Positions 48,289 to 57,115 of a stretch of 64,000 nucleotides of DNA are shown here, in pieces. The notes under the pieces are model-generated. The model saw only the letters and a program-made list of their open reading frames with translations. It did not search any database and had not been told where the DNA came from. A program made the position numbers and the translations under genes. Origin of the DNA: Blastocatellia bacterium. Lineage in GTDB: Bacteria; Acidobacteriota; Blastocatellia; UBA7656. Numbering within the stretch: the stretch's first letter is position 1; the number at the start of each line of letters is the position of its first letter. The DNA lies in the NCBI GenBank assembly GCA_963765495.1, contig CAVXWP010000008.1, positions 128,001-192,000 on the forward strand, given 5' to 3'.

Positions 48289-50841
48289 CTATTTATTACC
48301 TATAACGATGAAAGGTGCCCAATAATAGGGATGTCGCGTTTCCTTGCCGCTCTTTAGCATCTGGAGCTTTGCCTCGCGGAGCGCGGCGGCGCTGCCCGTC
48401 TTATCAAGCAAGTGGCGATAAAAATCTTTCATCAGATGGCTGGTCGAGATATCGCTGACATCCCAAAGACTTGCGACAACTGACCGTGCTCCCGCATAGA
48501 GAAAGGCGCGGCTCAACCCAACTATACCTTCCCCGGAATACAGACGTCCGCGCCCGGTTTGACAGGCGCTCAAGACTACCAGATCGCAATCCAGATCCAA
48601 TTCGGCAATCTCGCTTGCTTCCAGGAAACCGTCTTCCTGCGGGTCCATGTCCTGTGTGAGGACAACGGCGGATCGTGAGGGATCACTCACATCAACAAGA
48701 CTGTGTGTGGCAAAATGCAAGCGCCTGTAACGACGCAAGGGCTCTGCTTTAACCGCTTCTTCCGTGCAGTCCTTCCCCAGATAGACCCGTCGATGATCCG
48801 GCTTAAACAGCCCGGCAATTTCCTGAACCTCATCACGCGTCCTGGGGAGCGCGGAAAGATTATATCCGTCAGAAATTCTCATGGCTTGTCTTAGGACGTC
48901 TGCTTCGTCGCCGTTACGTTTTATTTTAGATGTCTGCGGCGCGAAGATTGGATCGCCAAAGGCGAGCAGGTCGAGTTTATCGTCGAGTTTATCGTCGAGT
49001 TTATCGCCGGGTTCATCTCCTTTCTTTGAAGCCCTCAACAAAGAGAGCATGCTCGCCGATGGGAGATAGCTGATTTCATGTTCCTCTATGAGAGAGTGCC
49101 CCTCCTGGTTAAGAGTCTCAAAAGGCAGATAGTAAAGAATGCCATCAGGGACAATGATAAACTTCTTGCCCGGTGCGAGTCGCTCGGCTAATCTGCCAAA
49201 TAATATCGCGGAGAGCCTTGCGGCTAAATCCCGCTGTCTGGCAAGCTCTCTATCGAGAAACAGATTATTGGGTCTGGTTGTAATGATGCTCAGGTACTGC
49301 TCGACCGCTTTTTCAATCTCCTGTCGTCCCGGCAAAATTTCCATTGAGACTTCATCTGGGGAAATCAGCCAGAGGAATGAATGTGACTCGCCTAAGAAGT
49401 ACTCTAACACACACCCATCATCCTGTCTCAGATTCTCTTGAATCTGCTCGACGCCAGCGGTCCGAAACCACGCGAATCTATCTTTGGTGTGTTGCATTTC
49501 GGTCTTTAGCTGTTCTTCCTTCAATTTGAATTCAGCCTCTTGAATGTCGGCTTCAATTTTTGCGCGTTGTTTTAGGCTTAATTGTGGGGAGAGCAACTGT
49601 ATGCGGAGGTCGGCCAGGGATCGGGATATCTCGCCGATTCTGCTGTCGTAATCAAGAAGTCTGGACGGTCCGTTTGTGTGTCGCGCCATTATCACAGAGA
49701 GGATGGCTCGAGATCTGGCCTGCTCGGTTTGGTTATAGGCTTCATTTATGCGACCCTGTTCGATCAAGAGTTCCACAAGCTCTCCATAAGGCGCGCGGCG
49801 CTCTTCGCCGAAAGCAATTGCCCCCGATTCTGTAGATTTGGTGACCGACAGCCAGATTCCTTCGATACGACCGATTGCGCGGAAGTATGATTTCACAGCC
49901 TCCTCTTTCAGGCCGTTTGCGCGTTGTGAACGAGCCAGTTCGAGAAAAGCTCGCCACTGCCATTCCCAGACTCCTCGCTTTTCGCCTTCGCTTGTGACCT
50001 GCTTAAATTGGATGGCAGCTAATTCAACGGCCTGTTGAGCGGCGTCCAGGGCTGCTTCCTTCTGCCCGGAAGCCAGACAGAGATCGGAAATTGAGGAAAG
50101 AACCCTGCCTTTTCCCTCTGCATTCGCTGTCTTTTGATAGATCGCGAGTGCCTCATTAAAGGCCGTGCGCGCCGCATCCTTCAGACCCTGCTGCTGAGCT
50201 ATACGACCAGACAGATGTAATAAAGCTGCTTCCATGTCAGCGTTCTTTTGCAGGCGATTCAATTGCCTTGCCTGTTCAATGAATGTGAAGGCCCGTCCTG
50301 TCTCCTTCGATTGATAGGAAAGCGCCGCCAATCCGACTAATGCTTCCGTCTGCGTATAGGCATCCCTGGCCCTGCGGGCCTGATCGAGTGCTTTCACGTA
50401 GTAACGCCCGGCAAGGTCGAAATTGTAGAGTTCAGCAAAAATTTTTGCGATGGAAGTAAAGGCAAGAGCTTTTATGCGGCTGGGAAGCGGTTTTACCTCA
50501 AGCGCCCGGTCGTAATAGTAAAGTGATTCCTGAAAGCGCTTCCTCTCTCTATAGGCATCACCGACCAGAAGAGCCGAATGCGCGGCCTTTTCAGGTTCTC
50601 GCAATTCAATCCATACTCGCATGGCTTCCAGAAGCCGTTCGCGTGCACCACTTTGATCGCTTGTTTCGGAGAGGCTAAGGGCATCTCTTACCAACTCTTC
50701 TGCCTTGCTAGCCGTTTCCGATTGACGGGCTGTTATTTTCGCCTCAGCACTACGGCCAGGAGCAAGAGATACTGTAGCGATCCAGAGAGCCAGACTCACC
50801 GCAAAAATTGTTATGCAGTTTGAAGAAAATTGTCGTATCAA
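48289..50841 (-). CDS. Secreted TPR-CHAT (caspase-like) protease
   Basis: Signal peptide; TPR repeats; IVPDG.L..LPFE, LHFATHS, LVVLSACQTG, SLWDVSD and HPYYWAPF motifs. Confidence 0.92.
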   Translation of the reverse strand: MIRQFSSNCITIFAVSLALWIATVSLAPGRSAEAKITARQSETASKAEELVRDALSLSETSDQSGARERLLEAMRVWIELREPEKAAHSALLVGDAYRERKRFQESLYYYDRALEVKPLPSRIKALAFTSIAKIFAELYNFDLAGRYYVKALDQARRARDAYTQTEALVGLAALSYQSKETGRAFTFIEQARQLNRLQKNADMEAALLHLSGRIAQQQGLKDAARTAFNEALAIYQKTANAEGKGRVLSSISDLCLASGQKEAALDAAQQAVELAAIQFKQVTSEGEKRGVWEWQWRAFLELARSQRANGLKEEAVKSYFRAIGRIEGIWLSVTKSTESGAIAFGEERRAPYGELVELLIEQGRINEAYNQTEQARSRAILSVIMARHTNGPSRLLDYDSRIGEISRSLADLRIQLLSPQLSLKQRAKIEADIQEAEFKLKEEQLKTEMQHTKDRFAWFRTAGVEQIQENLRQDDGCVLEYFLGESHSFLWLISPDEVSMEILPGRQEIEKAVEQYLSIITTRPNNLFLDRELARQRDLAARLSAILFGRLAERLAPGKKFIIVPDGILYYLPFETLNQEGHSLIEEHEISYLPSASMLSLLRASKKGDEPGDKLDDKLDDKLDLLAFGDPIFAPQTSKIKRNGDEADVLRQAMRISDGYNLSALPRTRDEVQEIAGLFKPDHRRVYLGKDCTEEAVKAEPLRRYRRLHFATHSLVDVSDPSRSAVVLTQDMDPQEDGFLEASEIAELDLDCDLVVLSACQTGRGRLYSGEGIVGLSRAFLYAGARSVVASLWDVSDISTSHLMKDFYRHLLDKTGSAAALREAKLQMLKSGKETRHPYYWAPFIVIGNK
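48970..49006 (-). repeat. 12-bp in-frame tandem repeat x3 (DKLD)
   Basis: GTCGAGTTTATC x3. Confidence 0.9.
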
Positions 50842-50902
50842 GGGTTACCCATCTTTCAAATGGTTGGTCATTGTATCATCGCGCTGATTCTATTGAGAAT
50901 AC

Positions 50903-50957
50903 GATAAAGCTCTTTAGGACCGGGTTATGAACTAACCCGGTCCTAAAGAGCTTTATC
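50903..50957. repeat. Perfect 25-bp-stem hairpin
   Basis: GATAAAGCTCTTTAGGACCGGGTTA-TGAAC-TAACCCGGTCCTAAAGAGCTTTATC. Confidence 0.95.
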
Positions 50958-50996
50958 ACAGTCACAAACAGGAAGGCCGCAGCCCGACAGAGCGTC

Positions 50997-51785
50997 TTAC
51001 TTTACAATGGACCCGCAACCGAAGGAGTCGGGAGGGAACGAGGGATTGAGATCAATCTTTGTGAAGAACAGGTCATAAAGCAGCGCGCCATCGAGCGAGA
51101 CGTGCTGGAGGAATGGTAGCTGAATGCCGTCTACCTCACGATAATCGGCAAAATCTATTACCAGTGTATGCTGATTGCGGATCATCTGAACCCTTTGAAT
51201 GACATGCCAGCTATCCACCAGCACTACCCAAATGCCTGAGGCAGTCTTTATTTCGAACTTATCCTGATTGCCTTCTACGGGGCCAAGATATACGGCGCGT
51301 AATCTGGCATCTTGAATCTGTTTGAGGATCGGGATAAGCCCGAAGGATTCTACGCTGAACTTTACCGCCCTTGATTCCGATTCATCCAATTGATTGGATG
51401 CGTTCACCAGATTACCTTCTTCGAATTCCGAACGGCAGGCCACCTGTTCGCCGACGATGTCAATTTGTTCCCTCAATTGATGTGGAGCAACCTTGTCGCG
51501 CTTGAAAGTGTTGCCGTCGGTTGAAACCGTGATCTTTCGCTCAAAATACCCCGGCAGGTCGCTTCCGGGGTTCACGTGGTAATACATCAACTTTCTGGCT
51601 TCTGCCACATAGGAAACCAGTGCGTCAGGGGTCTGCAAGACGTTGTGTGCCTGCAGTACCTCATCAATACTTGAAACAGGCCCCGCTGTATTTGCCTTCC
51701 CGGCAAATGCAATCGCGATCCCTGTCGTAAGCAGGCCGATTATGGCCATAGCAAGCATGATTTTTTTCATTTGTACTCCTTTCAT
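50997..51785 (-). CDS. Secreted hypothetical protein (LolA-like beta-sheet tail)
   Basis: Signal peptide; C-terminal FADYREVDGIQLPF..IDLNPSFP pattern. Confidence 0.65.
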   Translation of the reverse strand: MKGVQMKKIMLAMAIIGLLTTGIAIAFAGKANTAGPVSSIDEVLQAHNVLQTPDALVSYVAEARKLMYYHVNPGSDLPGYFERKITVSTDGNTFKRDKVAPHQLREQIDIVGEQVACRSEFEEGNLVNASNQLDESESRAVKFSVESFGLIPILKQIQDARLRAVYLGPVEGNQDKFEIKTASGIWVVLVDSWHVIQRVQMIRNQHTLVIDFADYREVDGIQLPFLQHVSLDGALLYDLFFTKIDLNPSFPPDSFGCGSIVK

Positions 51786-51891
51786 CCGTGCAAATTAGAC
51801 GGTCGGGCAGTCACGCCCGGCAGATAGCGAGTCTCTGTCCGACCTTTTGGAGCAAACATGGAGCAAGTGATTTACTAAAGAGCAGTCGGTT

Positions 51892-52161
51892 TTAACCCAG
51901 ACAATGGTCAATGCAGGAGGCATATATATCCTCGCATGTTGGGTCTGAACTGATGCCGTTGTGTGACAGACACACTAAATACGCTTCCTGGCACATTTGC
52001 AAACAGGCGCCTTGAGCGAGAGCCGTAGAATAGGGCTTTGCCAGCCCTATGGTCATTACTAAAAGGATCGCCAGAGCGAGGATGGCAAATGCTTTCCGGG
52101 TAGATTCGTAGAGACTCGACAGAGGCGATGTCCCTCTATTTTTGGCTTGAGCCTTGTTCAT
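51892..52161 (-). CDS. Small secreted six-Cys peptide precursor
   Basis: AAAGGAG RBS; hydrophobic signal ending ALA; mature part CX3CX6C-X11-CX6CX3C. Confidence 0.75.
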   Translation of the reverse strand: MNKAQAKNRGTSPLSSLYESTRKAFAILALAILLVMTIGLAKPYSTALAQGACLQMCQEAYLVCLSHNGISSDPTCEDIYASCIDHCLG

Positions 52162-52548
52162 ATCAATCTCCTTTCAGTTTTTCCTGGCGGTCAATCTCCG
52201 CCGGTTCACCGGGGTTATTGGCTGATAAGGAGGCTGGGGGGACATAGGCGAGAGAAAATTTTTCGCACTCGGTAAAAACAGATAAGAGTTGACATTGATA
52301 TGAGGCCCGGGTGTCTGGATGCTTTGACAGTGATTTACATTCAAATCGAATCAGCAGATTTCATTAAAGAGACGCGTGGTGGTATGCCGGGCACGCTCAT
52401 GCCACTTTACAGGTGTAAAGCCCTTACTTTGTCAGCCTATTCTTGATGAGCGATTTGTGTGCGCCTTTGGCGGGGATTCAATCCAGAGAGGACGAGTTTA
52501 GTCCCGGAAGCCCGCGAGGGACACTCTTCGCTGTGGGAGGGAATCAGG

Positions 52549-53271
52549 ATGAAAGATGGGGAGACCAACTTGTGGAAACGTTACCATGAGCACGACCCGG
52601 AAGCGCTTGAGGATTTGGTGAAGCACTATATAGGTCTGGTGCGATTCTGGACTAAGAAGATGACCGGAATAGCTCCGTGGGTGGAAAGGGAAGACCTGAT
52701 GCAAGAGGGATTGATCGCCCTGACAAAGGCAATCCCGGAATTTGAGCCCGATAGAGGAAACGATTTCAGCACCTATGCCGGACCCTGGATTCGCGGGGCA
52801 CTTCTTGCTTATCTGCAAAGTGGGCGCAATTTGCCTCGCCTTCAGTATGAGAACTTTAGGAGAATAGATCAGGCACAGGAAGCCCTTATACGCAGGAAGG
52901 GAGACAAACCAACCCTGGCGGAGATCGCTCAGGAGGCCGGATTGACCGAGCAGCAGGTGCATAGGGCGATTGATGCGATGGCCGTCGCCACGCCGGAGGG
53001 ATTTATAGATTGCGATACAGGTTCAAGTGTGAGAAGTTACAGGGACGAAGGTCCTGAAAATACAATTCTGATTCGTGAATTGTTGTTGAATTTAAATGAA
53101 AGGGAGAGATGGGTATTGGCAGAATTTTATGATCTGGGCTACACGGATCGCGAGATCGCCGACCGGCGCAACCTGACGCCGGACCATGTTAAGAAGATTC
53201 GTCACCGGGCACTGGAAAAACTTGGTAAACTGCTTGATAAGAAACTGGGAGGGCAGCGCCATGAAGACTGA
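52549..53271 (+). CDS. Group-3-like sigma-70 factor (FliA/SigB-type)
   Basis: EDLMQEGLIAL, F.P.RG..FSTYA..WIRG, PTLAEIA, and region 4 EIA..VKKIRHRALEKL; GGAGG RBS. Confidence 0.85.
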   Translation: MKDGETNLWKRYHEHDPEALEDLVKHYIGLVRFWTKKMTGIAPWVEREDLMQEGLIALTKAIPEFEPDRGNDFSTYAGPWIRGALLAYLQSGRNLPRLQYENFRRIDQAQEALIRRKGDKPTLAEIAQEAGLTEQQVHRAIDAMAVATPEGFIDCDTGSSVRSYRDEGPENTILIRELLLNLNERERWVLAEFYDLGYTDREIADRRNLTPDHVKKIRHRALEKLGKLLDKKLGGQRHED

Positions 53272-53911
53272 AGATCTGGAAAGGGCATTAAGGGATGCGA
53301 AGTTCCACCACCTGGTCGATGATGTGCTCATTTCCTACCGGGACCAAAAACTGGATGGAATCAGCCGCAGACAGGCCGAGGCGCACCTCGATCTCTGCCT
53401 GATCTGCGAGAGGCGTCTTTTGCTTCTTCAAGAAGAGCTATTGGCGCTCGATGATCAAGATATGCATCCCGAGGAAGCGGCTTTGGTGGAGCGGGTATTG
53501 AATCAGATGCGCATAGGACAATCTTCGACTTCAGAGCCCCGAGGCCCCGGCCCTTCGATGAAGGATCGTGTGAACGTGTATATGCAACAGGCATCGGCGA
53601 GTTGGCAAGCCTGTGTGTTGCATATAATACCTGTGCGAGAAGCCGCACCCGGCGACGAGATCTGGCGATGGGAGAGCGAGGATGGCGGGTTTGTGGCCTA
53701 TGCCATCATGAAATCTGCCGACAACCTGGCTTTCCATTTTTCTTCCACAGACCCGGCCCTGGAAGGCGCGCCTCTGAGAATCAAGGCAGGCTCCCTGAGT
53801 CAAGAGACAATATTGAGACGCATCTCTGAGACAGATATTTCCGCTGAAATCGTAATCTCGCGCGATAAACACCCAAATAGTTTCGACGACATCTCCTTCG
53901 AAACCGACTGA
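53261..53911 (+). CDS. Putative cytoplasmic zinc-finger anti-sigma-like protein
   Basis: H..(EA)HLDLCLIC HxxxCxxC motif; overlaps the sigma stop codon; no TM helix. Confidence 0.65.
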   Translation: MKTEDLERALRDAKFHHLVDDVLISYRDQKLDGISRRQAEAHLDLCLICERRLLLLQEELLALDDQDMHPEEAALVERVLNQMRIGQSSTSEPRGPGPSMKDRVNVYMQQASASWQACVLHIIPVREAAPGDEIWRWESEDGGFVAYAIMKSADNLAFHFSSTDPALEGAPLRIKAGSLSQETILRRISETDISAEIVISRDKHPNSFDDISFETD

Positions 53912-54724
53912 TGCAGCCCTTGCCCGGGAGGGTATTTAGCCGTTCCTCTACTTCGGGATTGACCGCGCAGATGCTTTCATAGAGTGAAAACCCAGACAAT
54001 GCAAGGCAGTTCTTCACGGCTCTCTATTGCAAATCCAAAAATTGAAAAGAAAAATTCTTCCCGCATGCGATATTTGTCACCCGCTTCGCACTTTACCTAT
54101 GAAAGTCTACAACCCGGACTGTGAACCTGGAAGAATTCAAGAGTAGAAACAGCTTCCAGGCTTTCAGATACAGGGGAAATGTAGTTTAATCTGTAATACT
54201 TTCGATGCTATTGATCATTAGCAAGTTTTACTTCCGGGCTATTAAATGAAAAGTTGTTGGCGAGGGTAGTGACTACGTATTGAGAGCCCCTGTAGTTGAG
54301 GGATATTCCAATGCGACCCAGAGGGTTCCCTTGCTCAATTATTTTTCGGATATAGCCGCGCCGTAGGTATGCCGAACAGGGTAGACTGACGGGCGTTTGC
54401 TAGCGCGCCCGATGTCACCCTCTATAGAAAGAAAGTCATAATAGTTCTCAAACTGGTCTGTCGAGGTCCCGAGGAACCACTCTTTGATTGATGTATAAGC
54501 TTCACGTTCCTTCGCGCACTTGCAAGCGGCAGGTTCTCGCAAGTGCGCGAAGTACGCAAAGATTTTCCTGAGAATTAAATTAGCCTTGGAATTGCTCTGG
54601 GATAGCTCTGTATTTCGAGACGGCATTCTTGACACTGCGATCATCCAGCCCATAAAATCGTTGCCTGGGTCGGTCCCCGCTGTGAACGCAGGAATTCTTT
54701 ATTCGATGTTACTGGGGGTATCCT

Positions 54725-56134
54725 TTGAGACTGCGACTGCTTCTCAACCTGGCACTCATCATGGCTGTTATCGCTCTGGAGTCTCATTCTTCAGGGGCAG
54801 CATTCCCTCGTCCAACCATCGGTAATGATGATCGCGTGCCCCAGGAGCTTGAGGTTTTTCAAGGATATCTCGACCCGGCCCCGGATGGAATGGATGTGCG
54901 TTATGTATGGACTCTGCCCGGAGGTCACGGGGAAAACGTACGCATCGCTGATATTGAACTAAACTGGAACCTTCAGCATAACGATCTACTCGAAGTCTCA
55001 AACAGGACATTTCTGCTCGTCAAAGGGATAGACCCGAACCCGGAGATCAATCTACAACACGGGACCGCAGTGCTGGGCGAACTGGCCGCCGCCGATGACG
55101 GCATAGGCGTGACGGGAATCGCGCACGCCGCACAGATAGGGCTGGTCAATCCCGTAGGAGCCGGTGTGAGTCTGAAAGTGGCCGATGCCATCAAACAGGC
55201 CATGAGAAAGCTTGCCGCGGGCGATGTGGTGTTGATCGAAATGCAATCGCCTAACGGACCCCACTTTGATCCTCGCACCGGACTCGGGCTTGCTCCGATT
55301 GAGATAGAGCAGGATGTGTTTGATGCGATACAGGAAGCGACATCACGTGGTATAACCGTGGTCGAACCGGCGGGCAACGGATTCGAAAATCTTGATGACG
55401 CGGCATTTGGCGGCAAATTCAACCGAAACAACCGCGATTCGGGAGCAATAATGGTAGGGGCAGGGTTGCCGCCCGAAGGCATCTATGGCCCGGGGCCGGA
55501 CCGCGTACGGACCGAGGAATCCAACTACGGCTCGCGTGTGGACGTTCAAGGGTGGGGTCGCTTCGTCACGACTTGCGGGTATGGTGATCTGCGTCACGAG
55601 CAGGGCGTCAATAACTGGTACACAACGCTTTTCGGAGGAACTTCGGGCGCTGCCGCGATGGTAGCGGGTGCGGCGGCCATTATACAAAGCGTGGTCAAGC
55701 AGCGAGGCCGCGAGCCGCTCACGGCGGTTCAATTGCGGCGCTTACTCGCTTCAACCGGCACGCCGCAAGCGGGAAACACAAACCAATCAATAGGTCCTCG
55801 TCCGAATCTTCGCGCCGCAATCGAAATGCTCGATACCGATCCGAGCGAATTAGCGCCACGGATTACGGCGATCAAATACAAAAAGACGGCGGGAAAATTT
55901 GTCATTGACGGCGAAAATTTCGTCTTAAATGAATCCATCCTTGAAATAGACGGCCAGCCAGTCATGCGCATAAAGTTTCCTGTCGATTATAGGCTGCCCG
56001 GCGGCGTCGCTTTGCGCATGAAGACTAAAGATAATGTGAGCGCGCTGGTTCCAACAGGCGTTGAAGTTTCATTGACAATTCTCAATCCAACAACCGGGAA
56101 GCGCTCCGAGCCGTTTCCATTTACCAGACCGTGA
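54725..56134 (+). CDS. Secreted S8 subtilisin-family peptidase with Ig/IPT-like tail
   Basis: IADIE, HGTAVLG, PAGNG and GGTSGA catalytic motifs. Confidence 0.9.
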   Translation: MRLRLLLNLALIMAVIALESHSSGAAFPRPTIGNDDRVPQELEVFQGYLDPAPDGMDVRYVWTLPGGHGENVRIADIELNWNLQHNDLLEVSNRTFLLVKGIDPNPEINLQHGTAVLGELAAADDGIGVTGIAHAAQIGLVNPVGAGVSLKVADAIKQAMRKLAAGDVVLIEMQSPNGPHFDPRTGLGLAPIEIEQDVFDAIQEATSRGITVVEPAGNGFENLDDAAFGGKFNRNNRDSGAIMVGAGLPPEGIYGPGPDRVRTEESNYGSRVDVQGWGRFVTTCGYGDLRHEQGVNNWYTTLFGGTSGAAAMVAGAAAIIQSVVKQRGREPLTAVQLRRLLASTGTPQAGNTNQSIGPRPNLRAAIEMLDTDPSELAPRITAIKYKKTAGKFVIDGENFVLNESILEIDGQPVMRIKFPVDYRLPGGVALRMKTKDNVSALVPTGVEVSLTILNPTTGKRSEPFPFTRP

Positions 56135-56166
56135 CCTCTCACGGGGCTCAATCACTCCGGCTGGTG

Positions 56167-56202
56167 ATTTGAAATCTCAAATTTCAGATTGCCAAATCTC
56201 AG
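56167..56202. repeat. Short heptamer-periodic tract (AAATCTC class)
   Basis: TTTGAAATCTCAAATTTCAGATTGCCAAATCTCAG; includes the SDR stop codon. Confidence 0.55.
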
Positions 56203-56975
56203 ATGATCGTGCCGCCGCCGTCTACAACCAGAGTGTGCCCCGTGATGTAACCCGATGCCGGTGAGGCCAGAAAGACTGCCACGCCTTTCAATTCGCCTTC
56301 ATTGCCTACTCGGCCCATCGGGACACCGGCTTCTATTTGCGTCTGCGCGGCTTCCAGGACTCGCTCCGTCATTCGGGAAGGGAAGAAGCCCGGGGCAATC
56401 GCATTGACTCTTATGCCGTGGCGCGCCCACTTTGCGGCAAGCTCGCGGGTCAGCGCGATCAAGCCGCCCTTGGCCGCGACATAGCCCGAGATGTGCTGCC
56501 CGTCTTCCATGGAGCCGAGCAGACCGGCTACCGATGCCACGTTTATGATGTTGCCGCTTTTGTGCTTGAGCATTTCGCGTCCGGCCCGCTGTGCGAAAAG
56601 AAACGCGCCCGTCAGGTCTATGTCGATTACCTGTTTCCATTTGTCGAGTGGCATCTGTTCGGCGGGAGCGCCCCAGGTGACGCCCGCATTGTTTACGAGA
56701 ATATCTATACCACCGAATCGCTCAACCGTGTTGTCGACGACTCTCTGAACATCATCAGGGTTAACGACATCGCATAATTCTCCTTCACATTCAAAGCCCC
56801 GGCTCTTAAACTCTTCCACCGTGGGCGTGAGCCACTGTTGGCGGCGGGCAAGCAGCATAAGCGAAGCGCCTGCTTCGGCCAGTCCTTCGGCCATCTCTTT
56901 GCCGAGCCCGCGCGAGCCGCCCGTGACAAGCGCGACTTTGCCTGAAAGGTCAAATAACTCCTTCAAAGTTTGCAC
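56199..56975 (-). CDS. SDR oxidoreductase (gluconate 5-dehydrogenase-like)
   Basis: TGGSRGLG, NNAG, YVAAK and NAIAPG motifs. Confidence 0.9.
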   Translation of the reverse strand: MQTLKELFDLSGKVALVTGGSRGLGKEMAEGLAEAGASLMLLARRQQWLTPTVEEFKSRGFECEGELCDVVNPDDVQRVVDNTVERFGGIDILVNNAGVTWGAPAEQMPLDKWKQVIDIDLTGAFLFAQRAGREMLKHKSGNIINVASVAGLLGSMEDGQHISGYVAAKGGLIALTRELAAKWARHGIRVNAIAPGFFPSRMTERVLEAAQTQIEAGVPMGRVGNEGELKGVAVFLASPASGYITGHTLVVDGGGTII

Positions 56976-57115
56976 CTATAGATCTCCTTTTTAGCGTTTG
57001 TTCTTCTGATTGCGAATAGGCCGATTAAAACGGCAACAAAATACTACTATTCCCGACTGGTTTCAAGCGCCGGGTTTGAAAGGGCTTATGAGGTAAGAGT
57101 CATTGCCGAACGGCA

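Noticed and set aside
54505-54595. c-di-GMP-I riboswitch (stem followed by TACGCAAAG)
   Set aside because: Lacks the upstream GGCAAAC and the GNRA tetraloop; the resemblance is too weak.
54339-54653. 104-aa minus-strand ORF
   Set aside because: No RBS or family motif, and it spans a long inverted repeat; treated as non-coding.
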